Below, piece after piece: positions 1-9,174 of a stretch of 64,000 bases of DNA; the stretch's first letter is position 1, and every line of letters starts with the position of its first letter. The notes below the pieces were generated by a model. That model was given only the letters and a program-made list of their open reading frames with translations. It did not search any database and had not been told where the DNA came from. The stretch lies in contig JAYGCM010000012.1 of NCBI GenBank assembly GCA_046583355.1, positions 33,208 through 97,207 of the forward strand, read 5' to 3'. Origin of the DNA: Deltaproteobacteria bacterium. GTDB taxonomy: Bacteria > Desulfobacterota > Binatia > UBA12015. The position numbers were made by a program, and so were the translations under genes.

Positions 1-217
1 CCTGCTCGCCATGGGTCTGGTAGAGAAATACCGCTCCGGGCTTGCCGGGATGCCGTTGGCGGCGCCGCGCCTCGGCCAGCAATCGGCCCCCGGTCGCTGC
101 ATCCAGAGCCGCCAATTCTTTGGACGGGGCATCGATGTCGGCAACCGCTACCGCCAGCAATTCGGTCTGATGATGGGCCGCGGGTTCTGCACTTCTCTGA
201 ATCTCGATCTTGCTCAT
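1..217 (-). CDS. Probable leucyl aminopeptidase (M17), N-terminal part only, runs off the window start
   Basis: Hand translation from ATG at 217: MSKIEIQRSAEPAAHHQTELLAVAVADIDAPSKELAALDAATGGRLLAEARRRQRHPGKPGAVFLYQTHGEQ, which resembles the M17 N-domain (..LDAATGG.L..). Catalytic domain not in the window. Confidence 0.55.
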   Translation of the reverse strand, partial: MSKIEIQRSAEPAAHHQTELLAVAVADIDAPSKELAALDAATGGRLLAEARRRQRHPGKPGAVFLYQTHGEQ

Positions 218-226
218 ATTTTCCCC

Positions 227-508
227 TCAGCCCGCATTCCGGACAAGATATTGCAGCACCGTCTGCCGGGCCGCAGCCGGCATCGGTGCCAGACCATGTG
301 CGCGCCGGATCTGATCCATGCGCGACACCTGAAACTCCCACATCGCTGGACGCAATGCACCCGGCGCGATCACGCCGTGACAGCCGCCGCATTCCCGGAC
401 ATAAAGCGCCGCATCGGCTGTCCCCGCCTCCGGAAGAGGAGTGGAGCAACCCGCCAAGGCGGCGAGCACCGTAAAGACCAATATTTTCAGCAAGGACGCA
501 TGGCGCAT
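227..508 (-). CDS. Small monoheme cytochrome c lipoprotein
   Basis: Signal peptide with lipobox LAGC, one CGGCH motif, candidate distal Met (QVSRM). Confidence 0.75.
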   Translation of the reverse strand: MRHASLLKILVFTVLAALAGCSTPLPEAGTADAALYVRECGGCHGVIAPGALRPAMWEFQVSRMDQIRRAHGLAPMPAAARQTVLQYLVRNAG

Positions 509-530
509 GGAATGGCTCCAGTAGGCGAAA

Positions 531-1808
531 TCAGGCCTCGCCGAAAGGGTGCGTCGCGACGCAGCTTCCCGTCGCGCGCAACAAGAGCGCGCGTGCCTCT
601 GTGCCGGCCTCGAGGCGCTCGATGCCCGGTGGGCTGATCAGCAGACATTCGGCCAAAGAGAGCGAGCGCAGCGCCCCGGAACTCTGCGTTCCCGTGCGCA
701 CGACCAAAGGTACGGGACCGGGCTCTGCGATGCGGCAGCGCACGAGTTCGGTCAGTCGCGCCGCGGTCGGAATCGCCTCGCCTACCTTCACCTGAACACA
801 AGGCAGGTGCACGGCCTGCTGGCCCAAGGCGCGGCGCAAGGCAGGTGCGACGTAGAGCTCAAAGCAGACCATGGCCGACACCGGGTTTCCGGGCAGTCCG
901 AAATAGAGCGACTCACGCCCGCGCACGGCAAAAGTAAGCGGCTTCCCCGGCTTCTGAGCGACGCGCCAGAAACGTCGCTGCAAACCGATTTCGTCCATGA
1001 CCTCCTTGACGTAATCGAATTGCCCCACCGAGACGCCGCCGGTCGAAAGAACGAAATCAAACGCCGCCGCCGACTCAAACGCCCGCACGAGATCCTCGCG
1101 CGTATCGCGTACGATGCCGAGAGGATACGCCTCGGCCCCAACCGCGCGCACCGCCGCCGCGAGCGTGTAGGCGTTGGAGTCGTGGATGCGGCCGCGGCTC
1201 AGCGGCGTGCCCAAAGCTACGAGTTCGTCGCCCGTGCCGAGAATCGCCACGCGCGGCCGCCGCTGGCAGCGAATCTCGGCGTGACCAAGCGAAACCAGGA
1301 GCCCGATATCAGCCGGGCGCAGCAGATGGCCCGCACCAAGGACCTCCTCGCCGCAGCGAATATCCTCACCCGCCAGCCGCACAAAGCGGCCGACCTCCGG
1401 TGCCATGCGAAACCCGACCTCCTGCCCACGGTCGATCACGTCCTCGATCGGCACCACCACGTCGGCCCCCTCGGGCACGGCGGCACCCGTCATGATGCGA
1501 AAGGCGGTTGCGGCCGGCAGCGCGGCTTCGTTCGTACTGCCGGCACCCAAGGTCTCGCCCACGCGGAGGAATACCGGAGCCGCCGCGGTGGCCTGGGCGA
1601 TATCGGCCGCGCGCAGCGCAAAGCCATCCATCTGCGAGTTCGCAAAGGCCGGCACATCCAAGTCCGCCGCCACGGCCACGGCCAACGTGCGCCCACTGGC
1701 CTCGGCGATGGGTACAGCCTCGGCAGGCATCTGCTCGACGGCACCCAATACCACATCGATTGCTTCGCAAATCGGGATCACTTCCCCTCTTTCGCGGCCC
1801 GCGACCAT
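531..1808 (-). CDS. moeA: Molybdopterin molybdotransferase MoeA
   Basis: SQMDGFA, IMTGAAVP, GTGDEL, STGGVSVG, GLPGNPVS motifs. Start trimmed to the ATG at 1808 (AAGGA upstream). Confidence 0.95.
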   Translation of the reverse strand: MVAGRERGEVIPICEAIDVVLGAVEQMPAEAVPIAEASGRTLAVAVAADLDVPAFANSQMDGFALRAADIAQATAAAPVFLRVGETLGAGSTNEAALPAATAFRIMTGAAVPEGADVVVPIEDVIDRGQEVGFRMAPEVGRFVRLAGEDIRCGEEVLGAGHLLRPADIGLLVSLGHAEIRCQRRPRVAILGTGDELVALGTPLSRGRIHDSNAYTLAAAVRAVGAEAYPLGIVRDTREDLVRAFESAAAFDFVLSTGGVSVGQFDYVKEVMDEIGLQRRFWRVAQKPGKPLTFAVRGRESLYFGLPGNPVSAMVCFELYVAPALRRALGQQAVHLPCVQVKVGEAIPTAARLTELVRCRIAEPGPVPLVVRTGTQSSGALRSLSLAECLLISPPGIERLEAGTEARALLLRATGSCVATHPFGEA

Positions 1809-1905
1809 GCGGTCAAGTCCTTGCTTAGGAGGGGGTTCTACCGGTGTTCTTGCGCGAGTGGCTGGTAATTCTCCGGTTTGGTGATTAAATATTAGGCAAG
1901 CGCTT

Positions 1906-3018
1906 ATGAGAAAGGCAGCATCTGAATTCCTCGACCGCGAGTGGCTCAACATTCTGGAGAGCCTCGACGACGGCGTATTGGTGGCGAATCGCTCGGGATC
2001 CCTCGAATTCATGAACGAAGGCGCCGCTCTACTGATCGGTCTCTCCGCCGCGCGCTCGATCGGTCGGCCCATCACGGAGGTCCTTGAAGCCAACCCCTGG
2101 GTCGTCGAACTCATCGAGGCCACCCAGACGACGGGGGTGCGCAATGTGCGAGCCGATTCCGTATTGCAGCAGACCGACGGCTCACGTCGCAGAATCCCCG
2201 TGCGGTGCGCCGCGACGCTTCTGGTCAACCACGAGGGTGCCGCCATCGGCAGCCTCCTTACGCTCCAGGATCTGAGCTACCAGCGGGAGCTCGAATCACG
2301 CTCGCGTGAATCCGACCGTCTCACGCAGCTCGAAGTCCTCGTTGCCGGGCTGGCCCACGAGGTGAAAAATCCACTCTCGGGCATGCGCGGCGCCGCCCAG
2401 ATCCTCGAGAAGGCTGTGGCCGAGACTCCACGAACGCGCGAATGCACCGCTATCATCCTGCGCGAAATCGACCGCCTCAACGACCTCATCGTCCAGCTTC
2501 TCGACCTCGCCGGACCGGCCCGGCTGCAGCGTCAGCCCGTAAATATTCACGAGCTTCTCGATCTCGTGCTCAAGACCCTTTTGGCCGGCAGCGACAAGGA
2601 GATCCGCTTCCTGCGTGAGTTCGACCCGAGCCTGCCACCGGTGCGCGGCGACCGCGGCCGACTCACCCAGGTGCTTTTGAACCTGGTCGGCAACGCGATG
2701 GATGCCAGCGAGCCGCACGGCCCGATCACGCTGCGCACGCGGATGGAAACCACCTATTGGGTCGGCGGCGAGCACGGCCGCGAGCAATTCATCTCACTCG
2801 ATATCGGCGACGAGGGCGTCGGCATCCCGGAGGCGGACCTCGCCTCAATCTTCAATCCCTTCTTTACGACAAAGAGCGATGGCACGGGCCTGGGCCTCTC
2901 GATCAGCCAGCGCATCGTCACCGAACACGGCGGCGTCCTGCGCGTGCGCCGGCGCGAGCGCAGCGGAACTGTTTTCACGCTTACCCTCCCCATAGACAGA
3001 ACGGACCGAAATGACTGA
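1906..3018 (+). CDS. ntrB: PAS sensor histidine kinase, NtrB-like
   Basis: PAS domain, H-box AHEVKNPLSGMRGAAQIL, FLREFDPSLP, FFTTK and GTGLGL. Confidence 0.8.
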   Translation: MRKAASEFLDREWLNILESLDDGVLVANRSGSLEFMNEGAALLIGLSAARSIGRPITEVLEANPWVVELIEATQTTGVRNVRADSVLQQTDGSRRRIPVRCAATLLVNHEGAAIGSLLTLQDLSYQRELESRSRESDRLTQLEVLVAGLAHEVKNPLSGMRGAAQILEKAVAETPRTRECTAIILREIDRLNDLIVQLLDLAGPARLQRQPVNIHELLDLVLKTLLAGSDKEIRFLREFDPSLPPVRGDRGRLTQVLLNLVGNAMDASEPHGPITLRTRMETTYWVGGEHGREQFISLDIGDEGVGIPEADLASIFNPFFTTKSDGTGLGLSISQRIVTEHGGVLRVRRRERSGTVFTLTLPIDRTDRND

Positions 3019-4447
3019 AGCAAAAGCCCGCATTCTGGTGGCCGACGACGAGCGCTCCATCCGCTGGGTCCTGAACGAATCCCTCACGGCGGCGGGGCAC
3101 GAGGTGATCGAGGCAACCAACGGCCGCGAAGCATTGGAGCTCCTGCGCGAAAACGAAATCGACATGGCGTTTCTCGATATCCGCATGCCGGAACTGAGCG
3201 GACTCGATGTCGTCACGCAGGCGCGCGAAGAAGGCCTGAGCGCCTCGCTGGTCGTGATGACAGCCCAAACAACGATGGCCAACGCGGTCGAGGCGATGAA
3301 GCGAGGCGCCTATGATTACCTCACCAAACCCTTTGATCTCGACATGGTCGGACTCCTCGTTGATCGCGCCATCAAGGCGCGCAAGCTCAAGGACGAAGTG
3401 AGTGTTCTGAAAGGCGAGCTCAAAAAGCGCTTCGAGATCGGCGTCGATATTGTCGGGGCTTCGGCTCCGATGCAGGCAATCTATAAATTGCTGGGCCGGG
3501 TAGCGCAGAACGATGCCACCGTCTTGATTCAAGGCGAGAGCGGCACCGGCAAGGAGTTGATCGCCAAGGCGATCCACTTCCATTCGCCGCGCTGGGAGGG
3601 CCCCTTCATCGCCATCAACTGCTCGGCCATTCCGCGCGATCTGCTTGAGAGCGAACTCTTCGGCTTCGAAAAAGGTGCTTTCACCGGCGCAGTGGAGCGA
3701 CGAGCAGGCAAATTTGAACAGGCGAACGGCGGTACATTACTGCTTGACGAAATTGGCGATATGCCACTCGAACTACAGGCCAAGCTCTTGCGTGTTCTCC
3801 AGGAAAAAGAATTTACGCGGGTCGGCGGCCGCGACCTGCTGCGCAGCAATGTCCGGATTGTGGGTTCGACCAATCAGGACCTCGCTGCCGCCGTACGCGA
3901 GCGCCGTTTCCGCGAGGACCTGTTTTTTCGCCTCAATGTCGTACCCCTTGAGGTCCCTCCCCTACGCGCCCGTACCGGCGATATTCCGGACCTGATTCGC
4001 CATTTCTTGGCCAAAATCAACAACGATCTCGGCACAGACAAAACGGGAATTACCCCCTCCGCCGAGCGCCTGCTGCTGGCCCACTCGTGGCCGGGCAATG
4101 TGCGGGAACTGGAAAACGCCCTGATTCGCGCCGCGGTCGTCTCGCCGGACTCCGTACTCGCGGCCGGAGACTTCGTATTGGCCAACGCAAGTACCAGCGC
4201 AAGCGGGGCCGGAGCCATCTCCTTCCATGAGACAATCCGTGCCGAAGTGGAAGAGATTTTCGACCGGGCGGGCGGCATTGACCCCAGCGAACTCTACGAC
4301 GACGTGCTCGCCCGCATGGAAAAACCGCTTTTGGAGACCACCATGGAGCGCACCTCCGGCAACCAGGTCCACGCTGCTCAGATCCTCGGCATCAACCGCA
4401 ATACATTGCGCAAAAAACTGGTCTACCTCGGCTTGACGAGGAAATAG
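3011..4447 (+). CDS. ntrC: Sigma54-dependent response regulator, NtrC-like
   Basis: Receiver (DDE, DIRMP), AAA+ GESGTGKE, GAFTGA, WPGNVREL, Fis HTH GINRNTLRKK. Overlaps the kinase stop. Confidence 0.85.
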   Translation: MTEAKARILVADDERSIRWVLNESLTAAGHEVIEATNGREALELLRENEIDMAFLDIRMPELSGLDVVTQAREEGLSASLVVMTAQTTMANAVEAMKRGAYDYLTKPFDLDMVGLLVDRAIKARKLKDEVSVLKGELKKRFEIGVDIVGASAPMQAIYKLLGRVAQNDATVLIQGESGTGKELIAKAIHFHSPRWEGPFIAINCSAIPRDLLESELFGFEKGAFTGAVERRAGKFEQANGGTLLLDEIGDMPLELQAKLLRVLQEKEFTRVGGRDLLRSNVRIVGSTNQDLAAAVRERRFREDLFFRLNVVPLEVPPLRARTGDIPDLIRHFLAKINNDLGTDKTGITPSAERLLLAHSWPGNVRELENALIRAAVVSPDSVLAAGDFVLANASTSASGAGAISFHETIRAEVEEIFDRAGGIDPSELYDDVLARMEKPLLETTMERTSGNQVHAAQILGINRNTLRKKLVYLGLTRK

Positions 4448-4480
4448 CCAGGAAGGGGATGAATGTCCCCGAGAAAACGA

Positions 4481-4511
4481 CTGTGGGCAGGCTCGCAGAG
4501 CCCGCCCACAG
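4481..4511 (-). terminator. Hairpin terminator between convergent ntrC and the cytochrome bc operon
   Basis: CTGTGGGCAGGCTC-GCA-GAGCCCGCCCACAG. The single mismatch becomes G-U on the minus strand and is followed by TCGTTTTC. Confidence 0.65.
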
Positions 4512-4516
4512 AAGGC

Positions 4517-7216
4517 TCAAGGCTCAGTCGGCTCGGTCAGTTCATCGCTGGCGGCTACGTCGCCGCTCTTGTCGTTGAGCGACATGATCCAATCACGCAT
4601 TGCCAGAATCTGCTTGGGCTCGTCGCCGTCAAAGATATCTTCTGGTCCGCCGGGGTAGAAGGCCGGCATCTTGGTGCCCGGCATCTGCGATTGCGGGTCA
4701 GCGATCCAGCGCAGGATCCACTCCGGGTTCAGGCGCTCATGTGCAAATGCCAGGTTCGGCGCCCAATACTGCATGGGACCGGCCGGCGTCTTGTCGCCCA
4801 TCACGTGGCACGACCAGCACGAGAAGTACTCGTCGGACATGAGCAGGTCGCCCGTATGGAGCAGATCCGGCGTCGAGTCGGTCTTCGAATCCCAGAAGAA
4901 GAACGGTGTCTTCAAATCGGATTTCGCCGTCAAATACTCGACGATTGCGGTGGTATCATCGACCGTGAGCGGGAAGGTCGGCATGCGGACTTTCAGCCAG
5001 AAACGCAACGGCTGCAAGGCCGGGTCCTGCAGGAATCCGAAGAACCACTCGGGCTGCACCTTATTGCCCTGATCAAAGAGAATCGGCGGGGCCTCGGTCG
5101 GGTTGTCTTCATAGAGACGCCCGATATAGCCGCCCTCGCCATCGATCTCGTGGCAGCCCATGCAATTATATTGATCGACCAGGCGGCGACCCTTCTGGAC
5201 CTTGGCCCAGCGATCGTCGTAGCCCTTTTGACGATATTTCATCGGTGGCTGCTTGCCCGTGCGGCTAGCCAACCAGACCCGCAGGTCGATGATATCTTGT
5301 TCGCTGAGGTGGAAATTCGGCATCACCTGTTCGACATGCTCGGTCTCGTAGATCCGAGGATCTTCAAGCTTGGCATAGGTCCAGGCATTCCACTCGTGCG
5401 CGATATCATGCGTATTGCCGAAAAAGAACTCCCCGAGCGGCTTCGACGCAAAGGTGGATAGCTCAACCCCGATGCGCGACTCCGCATCCATGCCGTTGAT
5501 CTCATGACAACCGGAGCAGCCATATTTCCGCACCAGAGCAGCCCCTCGCTCGACCTGTTCGGGATCTTCGAGGGTCTGCGCCGTAACCGTCGCATCAGGC
5601 GCCACAGGCATATCCGGTGCGATACTCAGCAGGTAGGAGGCCATACCGCGCGCCTCTTCGTCGGAGAGACGAAGGCTCGGCATACGGGTATGGGCGTTCC
5701 AGCCGCTGGGGTTCTTGACCCACCAATACAGGAAGCTGCCATTGGTCTTTTGTGCGACACGCGTCAGGTTCGGCGCCCAATCTTTGGTCGCGCCTAGCGG
5801 GCGTGCGATATCGTCTTCGCCCACGGCATGACAGCCGCGGCAGCCGACCTGATCGAACACAACCTGGCCTGCGGCAACCAATTCGGCGTTACCGGCATCT
5901 ACCCCGGTTACCTCCGGGTGCGCCGCCGCCCAGGTGTCGCCATCTTCTTTGCTGGACGACCATATATAGGCAGCGATCGCGGTCGCCTCGGCCTCATCGA
6001 GTTCGAAGTCCGGCATCTTGGTGCGCGGTCGGAAGGCAAAGGGATCACGGATCCAATCGACCAGCCATTGCGGGTCGACTTTGGCCGATTCCAGCCGCAA
6101 GCTCGGACCGACGTTGCTCATCTCGGAATAACCCTCGACCAGATGACAGCCGTGGCAACCGAGTTGCTCGAAGAGTTGCTCGCCGCGGGCGAGTTTCTCC
6201 GCCCCCTTGAGGCGGGAGACGTCCCGATGGCAATCGAGACAACGTGCCTGCTGCTGCGGACCACGCAGCAATGGCGTCAACCAGAAATGGACATCGCCAT
6301 GCGCCTGCTCGACAGAGTTCAGGGCGACGCCCTGGCCGTCATGGCATGGCGTGCACGCAACTTTATTGGACGGGTGCTTGCCGAGATACATCTCGCGGTC
6401 CGGATGCGTGCCCAAGGGCTGAGCGTCGTCCTCGAAGCCGATCCGATTGATGCCGATATGACAGGTCTGGCAACGATCTACCCGGTCTACGGGCTGTGCG
6501 AAGTTGTTGATATCGAAATCGGGCAGGACGACCTGATGAATCTGCGGAATTTTCTCGGTCTCTATATAATCGCCGATATTCGACTTCATCTGGCCGAGCT
6601 TGGTCTGAATGGCCAAACGTTCCACGGCGACCACAGCCATTTGGCTGGCGATGGCGGTTACCGGAGCTTCGATCCTGGCAATCGAGCCTACGGCGGTCTC
6701 CAGCGCTATTTGTGCCGTGCCCCAAGCGGATTCGAGCTCGATTCGCTGAAGGTCCAAGCCATCGCGGTACTCACGGGCGCCAGCAACATCACCACCATGC
6801 TGAATCGCATGGTCGTATTCGTATTTGGAAACTTCGAGTTCACTTTTGATGAAACGGACTTTGATGTCCGCGTCTTTTTCATCGAGTGTGAGCTCTTCCA
6901 CCTGCGCGCGCAGCTTCGCCAACTCCGCCTGGGTGGTCGGGTTATCCAGCGTCGCCTCAGCCGCAGCCTTTTGCGCGACCAGCTTCTGGTAACCTTCGTG
7001 GCCTGCCAGCCTGGCATCTTCGGCTTCGAGTTCATCGGTTGCCCGACTCTTCTCCAGCGCAAAGAACTCGTTCTGAATCTGCTTCCAGGGACGACGGAGA
7101 ACCGTATCGTCCAGAAGCGTCCAGATCGCGCCCACTACCAGCAACGCTGCACAAAGAAGCCACAATCCAGCGTAGCTTCGTTTCTCGTCTTCGAGGTTGA
7201 GGTCTCGTCTAGCCAT
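4517..7216 (-). CDS. Membrane-anchored octaheme cytochrome c associated with the Rieske/cytochrome b complex
   Basis: N-terminal TM helix, long coiled-coil-like segment, 8 CxxCH motifs (CQTCH, CTPCH, CLDCH, CHGCH, CRGCH, CSGCH, CMGCH, CWSCH), repeated cytochrome c domains with MP ligand motifs. Confidence 0.9.
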   Translation of the reverse strand: MARRDLNLEDEKRSYAGLWLLCAALLVVGAIWTLLDDTVLRRPWKQIQNEFFALEKSRATDELEAEDARLAGHEGYQKLVAQKAAAEATLDNPTTQAELAKLRAQVEELTLDEKDADIKVRFIKSELEVSKYEYDHAIQHGGDVAGAREYRDGLDLQRIELESAWGTAQIALETAVGSIARIEAPVTAIASQMAVVAVERLAIQTKLGQMKSNIGDYIETEKIPQIHQVVLPDFDINNFAQPVDRVDRCQTCHIGINRIGFEDDAQPLGTHPDREMYLGKHPSNKVACTPCHDGQGVALNSVEQAHGDVHFWLTPLLRGPQQQARCLDCHRDVSRLKGAEKLARGEQLFEQLGCHGCHLVEGYSEMSNVGPSLRLESAKVDPQWLVDWIRDPFAFRPRTKMPDFELDEAEATAIAAYIWSSSKEDGDTWAAAHPEVTGVDAGNAELVAAGQVVFDQVGCRGCHAVGEDDIARPLGATKDWAPNLTRVAQKTNGSFLYWWVKNPSGWNAHTRMPSLRLSDEEARGMASYLLSIAPDMPVAPDATVTAQTLEDPEQVERGAALVRKYGCSGCHEINGMDAESRIGVELSTFASKPLGEFFFGNTHDIAHEWNAWTYAKLEDPRIYETEHVEQVMPNFHLSEQDIIDLRVWLASRTGKQPPMKYRQKGYDDRWAKVQKGRRLVDQYNCMGCHEIDGEGGYIGRLYEDNPTEAPPILFDQGNKVQPEWFFGFLQDPALQPLRFWLKVRMPTFPLTVDDTTAIVEYLTAKSDLKTPFFFWDSKTDSTPDLLHTGDLLMSDEYFSCWSCHVMGDKTPAGPMQYWAPNLAFAHERLNPEWILRWIADPQSQMPGTKMPAFYPGGPEDIFDGDEPKQILAMRDWIMSLNDKSGDVAASDELTEPTEP

Positions 7217-7237
7217 GCTTTTCCGTCGGGAGCGCCC

Positions 7238-7411
7238 TTAGGCGTCTCCTCGACCCTCGACCAATCTCCCCGCCAGGAACATAAGAGACCCAGCGACCAA
7301 CATCTCTAATTCGAAGCGCAAGCCGGACATTTCCGCCACGCCCCGAAACAGCCCAACACCGACGACCACCATGCCCGCCATCTGTAGGCTTTTCGCCAAA
7401 TAAAACTTCAC
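7238..7411 (-). CDS. 57-aa two-helix membrane protein, absent from the ORF track
   Basis: Hand translation GTG..TAA: MKFYLAKSLQMAGMVVVGVGLFRGVAEMSGLRFELEMLVAGSLMFLAGRLVEGRGDA. It fills the gap inside the operon. Confidence 0.7.
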   Translation of the reverse strand: MKFYLAKSLQMAGMVVVGVGLFRGVAEMSGLRFELEMLVAGSLMFLAGRLVEGRGDA

Positions 7412-7420
7412 GGAATCAAA

Positions 7421-8233
7421 TCAGATATTGATCCAGGGGGTCTGCATGATGTACTGAATATTGAACAAATGACGCATCAACATCTTTACCAGCGTCGACA
7501 TCATGGTCACAAAAAGAAGAGCCGTAATCATGAAGCGCGGCATTCCCCAGCGCTCCATGAAATCCTTCCCTTTGAGCCAGATGACCCATGCGTACATCAA
7601 CACGACCCCGACCACCATGAATAAGATCACGCAGGTCAGGCCAAAGAGCGCAGCCGGCCAATAATCGCGAATCCCGAAGAGGTAGGGCAAGTTCACGCCG
7701 GTCAGCGCCTCGACTTTATGGGGATCCCATTTCTCCCACGGCCAGAACCAGTTCCAGCCCGGCCCGCGCAACAAGGTCCCGATCACGATCAACGAGATCC
7801 AGAGAATATGGAACCCGAAGAAGAACGTGAGGAGTTCCCATTTGCGCGACGCCCAGACGTAATAGCCGTTGCCCATCGGGTTGATGTCGATATACGGAAT
7901 CGCCATCAGGCCGACGATGATCAGGCTCGGCAAGACCACTCCGGCGTGCCACGGATCGAAGAAGACGAGCATCTCCTGCAAGCCGAGGAAATACCACGGT
8001 GCCTTGGAGGGGTTCGGCGTCTGCGCCGGGTTGGCCGGCTGTTCGAGCGGCGCATCGATCGAGAGCGCCCAGACCATCATGAAGATCGTCACCAGAAGCG
8101 TGCAGAGAAACTCGGCACGGATCAGATGCGGCCAGGTATGAACCTTGTCGTCGCCCGGGCCGAACGCCTTTTTCAGCGTGACCTCGACGCGACCGGGAGC
8201 TTCGCCTCCCTTGGGTGCAGCAGTAGTTGCCAT
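7421..8233 (-). CDS. Cytochrome b6 subunit IV-like (C-terminal half of split cytochrome b) with extra TM helices
   Basis: TWP.L motif, PLEQPANP..TPNPSKAPWYFLGLQE (PEWY equivalent), several TM helices. Confidence 0.85.
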   Translation of the reverse strand: MATTAAPKGGEAPGRVEVTLKKAFGPGDDKVHTWPHLIRAEFLCTLLVTIFMMVWALSIDAPLEQPANPAQTPNPSKAPWYFLGLQEMLVFFDPWHAGVVLPSLIIVGLMAIPYIDINPMGNGYYVWASRKWELLTFFFGFHILWISLIVIGTLLRGPGWNWFWPWEKWDPHKVEALTGVNLPYLFGIRDYWPAALFGLTCVILFMVVGVVLMYAWVIWLKGKDFMERWGMPRFMITALLFVTMMSTLVKMLMRHLFNIQYIMQTPWINI

Positions 8234-8346
8234 AGCGGTCCTTCTTAAAGGTCCTTGGGCGGCGCCGCGAGAGCGTAGAGCCCCCACAGAATCGCTACGA
8301 AGAGAAACGGCAGAACCAGAACACGCATAATTCGTCCCCTCTTGTC

Positions 8347-9117
8347 CTAAAGTGCCGGCCCGGAGAAGCCGTCACGACGGATTCGCCAGAAATGTACTGC
8401 CAGAAAGAGGCTCGTCACCAGAGGAATGAAGATGCAGTGCAGAATATAGAAGCGCAACAATGTCGCTGGGCCGACCTCGCCGCCGCCAAAGAGGAAGGCG
8501 CGGACGTCATAGATCGGGTTCGCGCCAAGGAGTTCCTTGAACGGGCCCTCGTGGCCCAGCACCGGAGTCGCGCGGCCCATATTCGAGCCAACGGTCACAG
8601 CCCAGATAGCCAGCTGATCCCACGGCAGCAGATAGCCTGTGAAACTCAGCAGAAGCGTCAGCACGAGAAGGATGACGCCGACGACCCAGTTGAACTCGCG
8701 GGGCGGCTTGTAGGAACCGGTCAGGAAGACCCGGAACATATGCAACCAGACCGCGATGACCATACCGTGCGCAGCCCAGCGATGCATATTACGCATCACC
8801 ATTCCGAAGGGCATGTCGAACTCAAGGTACTTCATGTCCGCGTACGCGTATTGCGTCACCGGCCGGTAATAGAACATCAGATAGAGGCCCGTCACCACGG
8901 TGATCAGGAACATCAGGAAGGTGATCCCGCCCATGCACCAGGTGAAGCGCAATCGCGTCGCATGGCGCCGCACCTTTGAGGGGTGCAGATGCAGCCATAC
9001 GTTGCCCGAAACCATCAGGATTCGGTTGCGCGGCGTGTCGTCGTAGCCGTGGCGGAAGATAGACTTCCAAACCTGCGACTCAGTGATTTCTTCTTTGGTT
9101 TCGTCCCACCAACCCAT
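8347..9117 (-). CDS. petB: Cytochrome b6-type (short cytochrome b)
   Basis: WCMGGITF, RNMHRW...WLHMFRVF..GSYKPPREFNW, FTGYLLPWDQ, RFYILH-x14-H. Confidence 0.9.
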   Translation of the reverse strand: MGWWDETKEEITESQVWKSIFRHGYDDTPRNRILMVSGNVWLHLHPSKVRRHATRLRFTWCMGGITFLMFLITVVTGLYLMFYYRPVTQYAYADMKYLEFDMPFGMVMRNMHRWAAHGMVIAVWLHMFRVFLTGSYKPPREFNWVVGVILLVLTLLLSFTGYLLPWDQLAIWAVTVGSNMGRATPVLGHEGPFKELLGANPIYDVRAFLFGGGEVGPATLLRFYILHCIFIPLVTSLFLAVHFWRIRRDGFSGPAL

Positions 9118-9174
9118 GGTGGCCCCCCCCGGTATTATGAATTCGGAAAAAAAACAGACTTGCGCCGGAGCGCG

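Noticed and set aside
1809..2246. Apparent N-terminal extensions of MoeA (also Mrp 30458-30967, GatB 57398-57697, Phd 47794-48171, HU 59988-60173)
   Set aside because: Longest-ORF artefacts overlapping neighbouring genes. Homology and RBS support the downstream starts.
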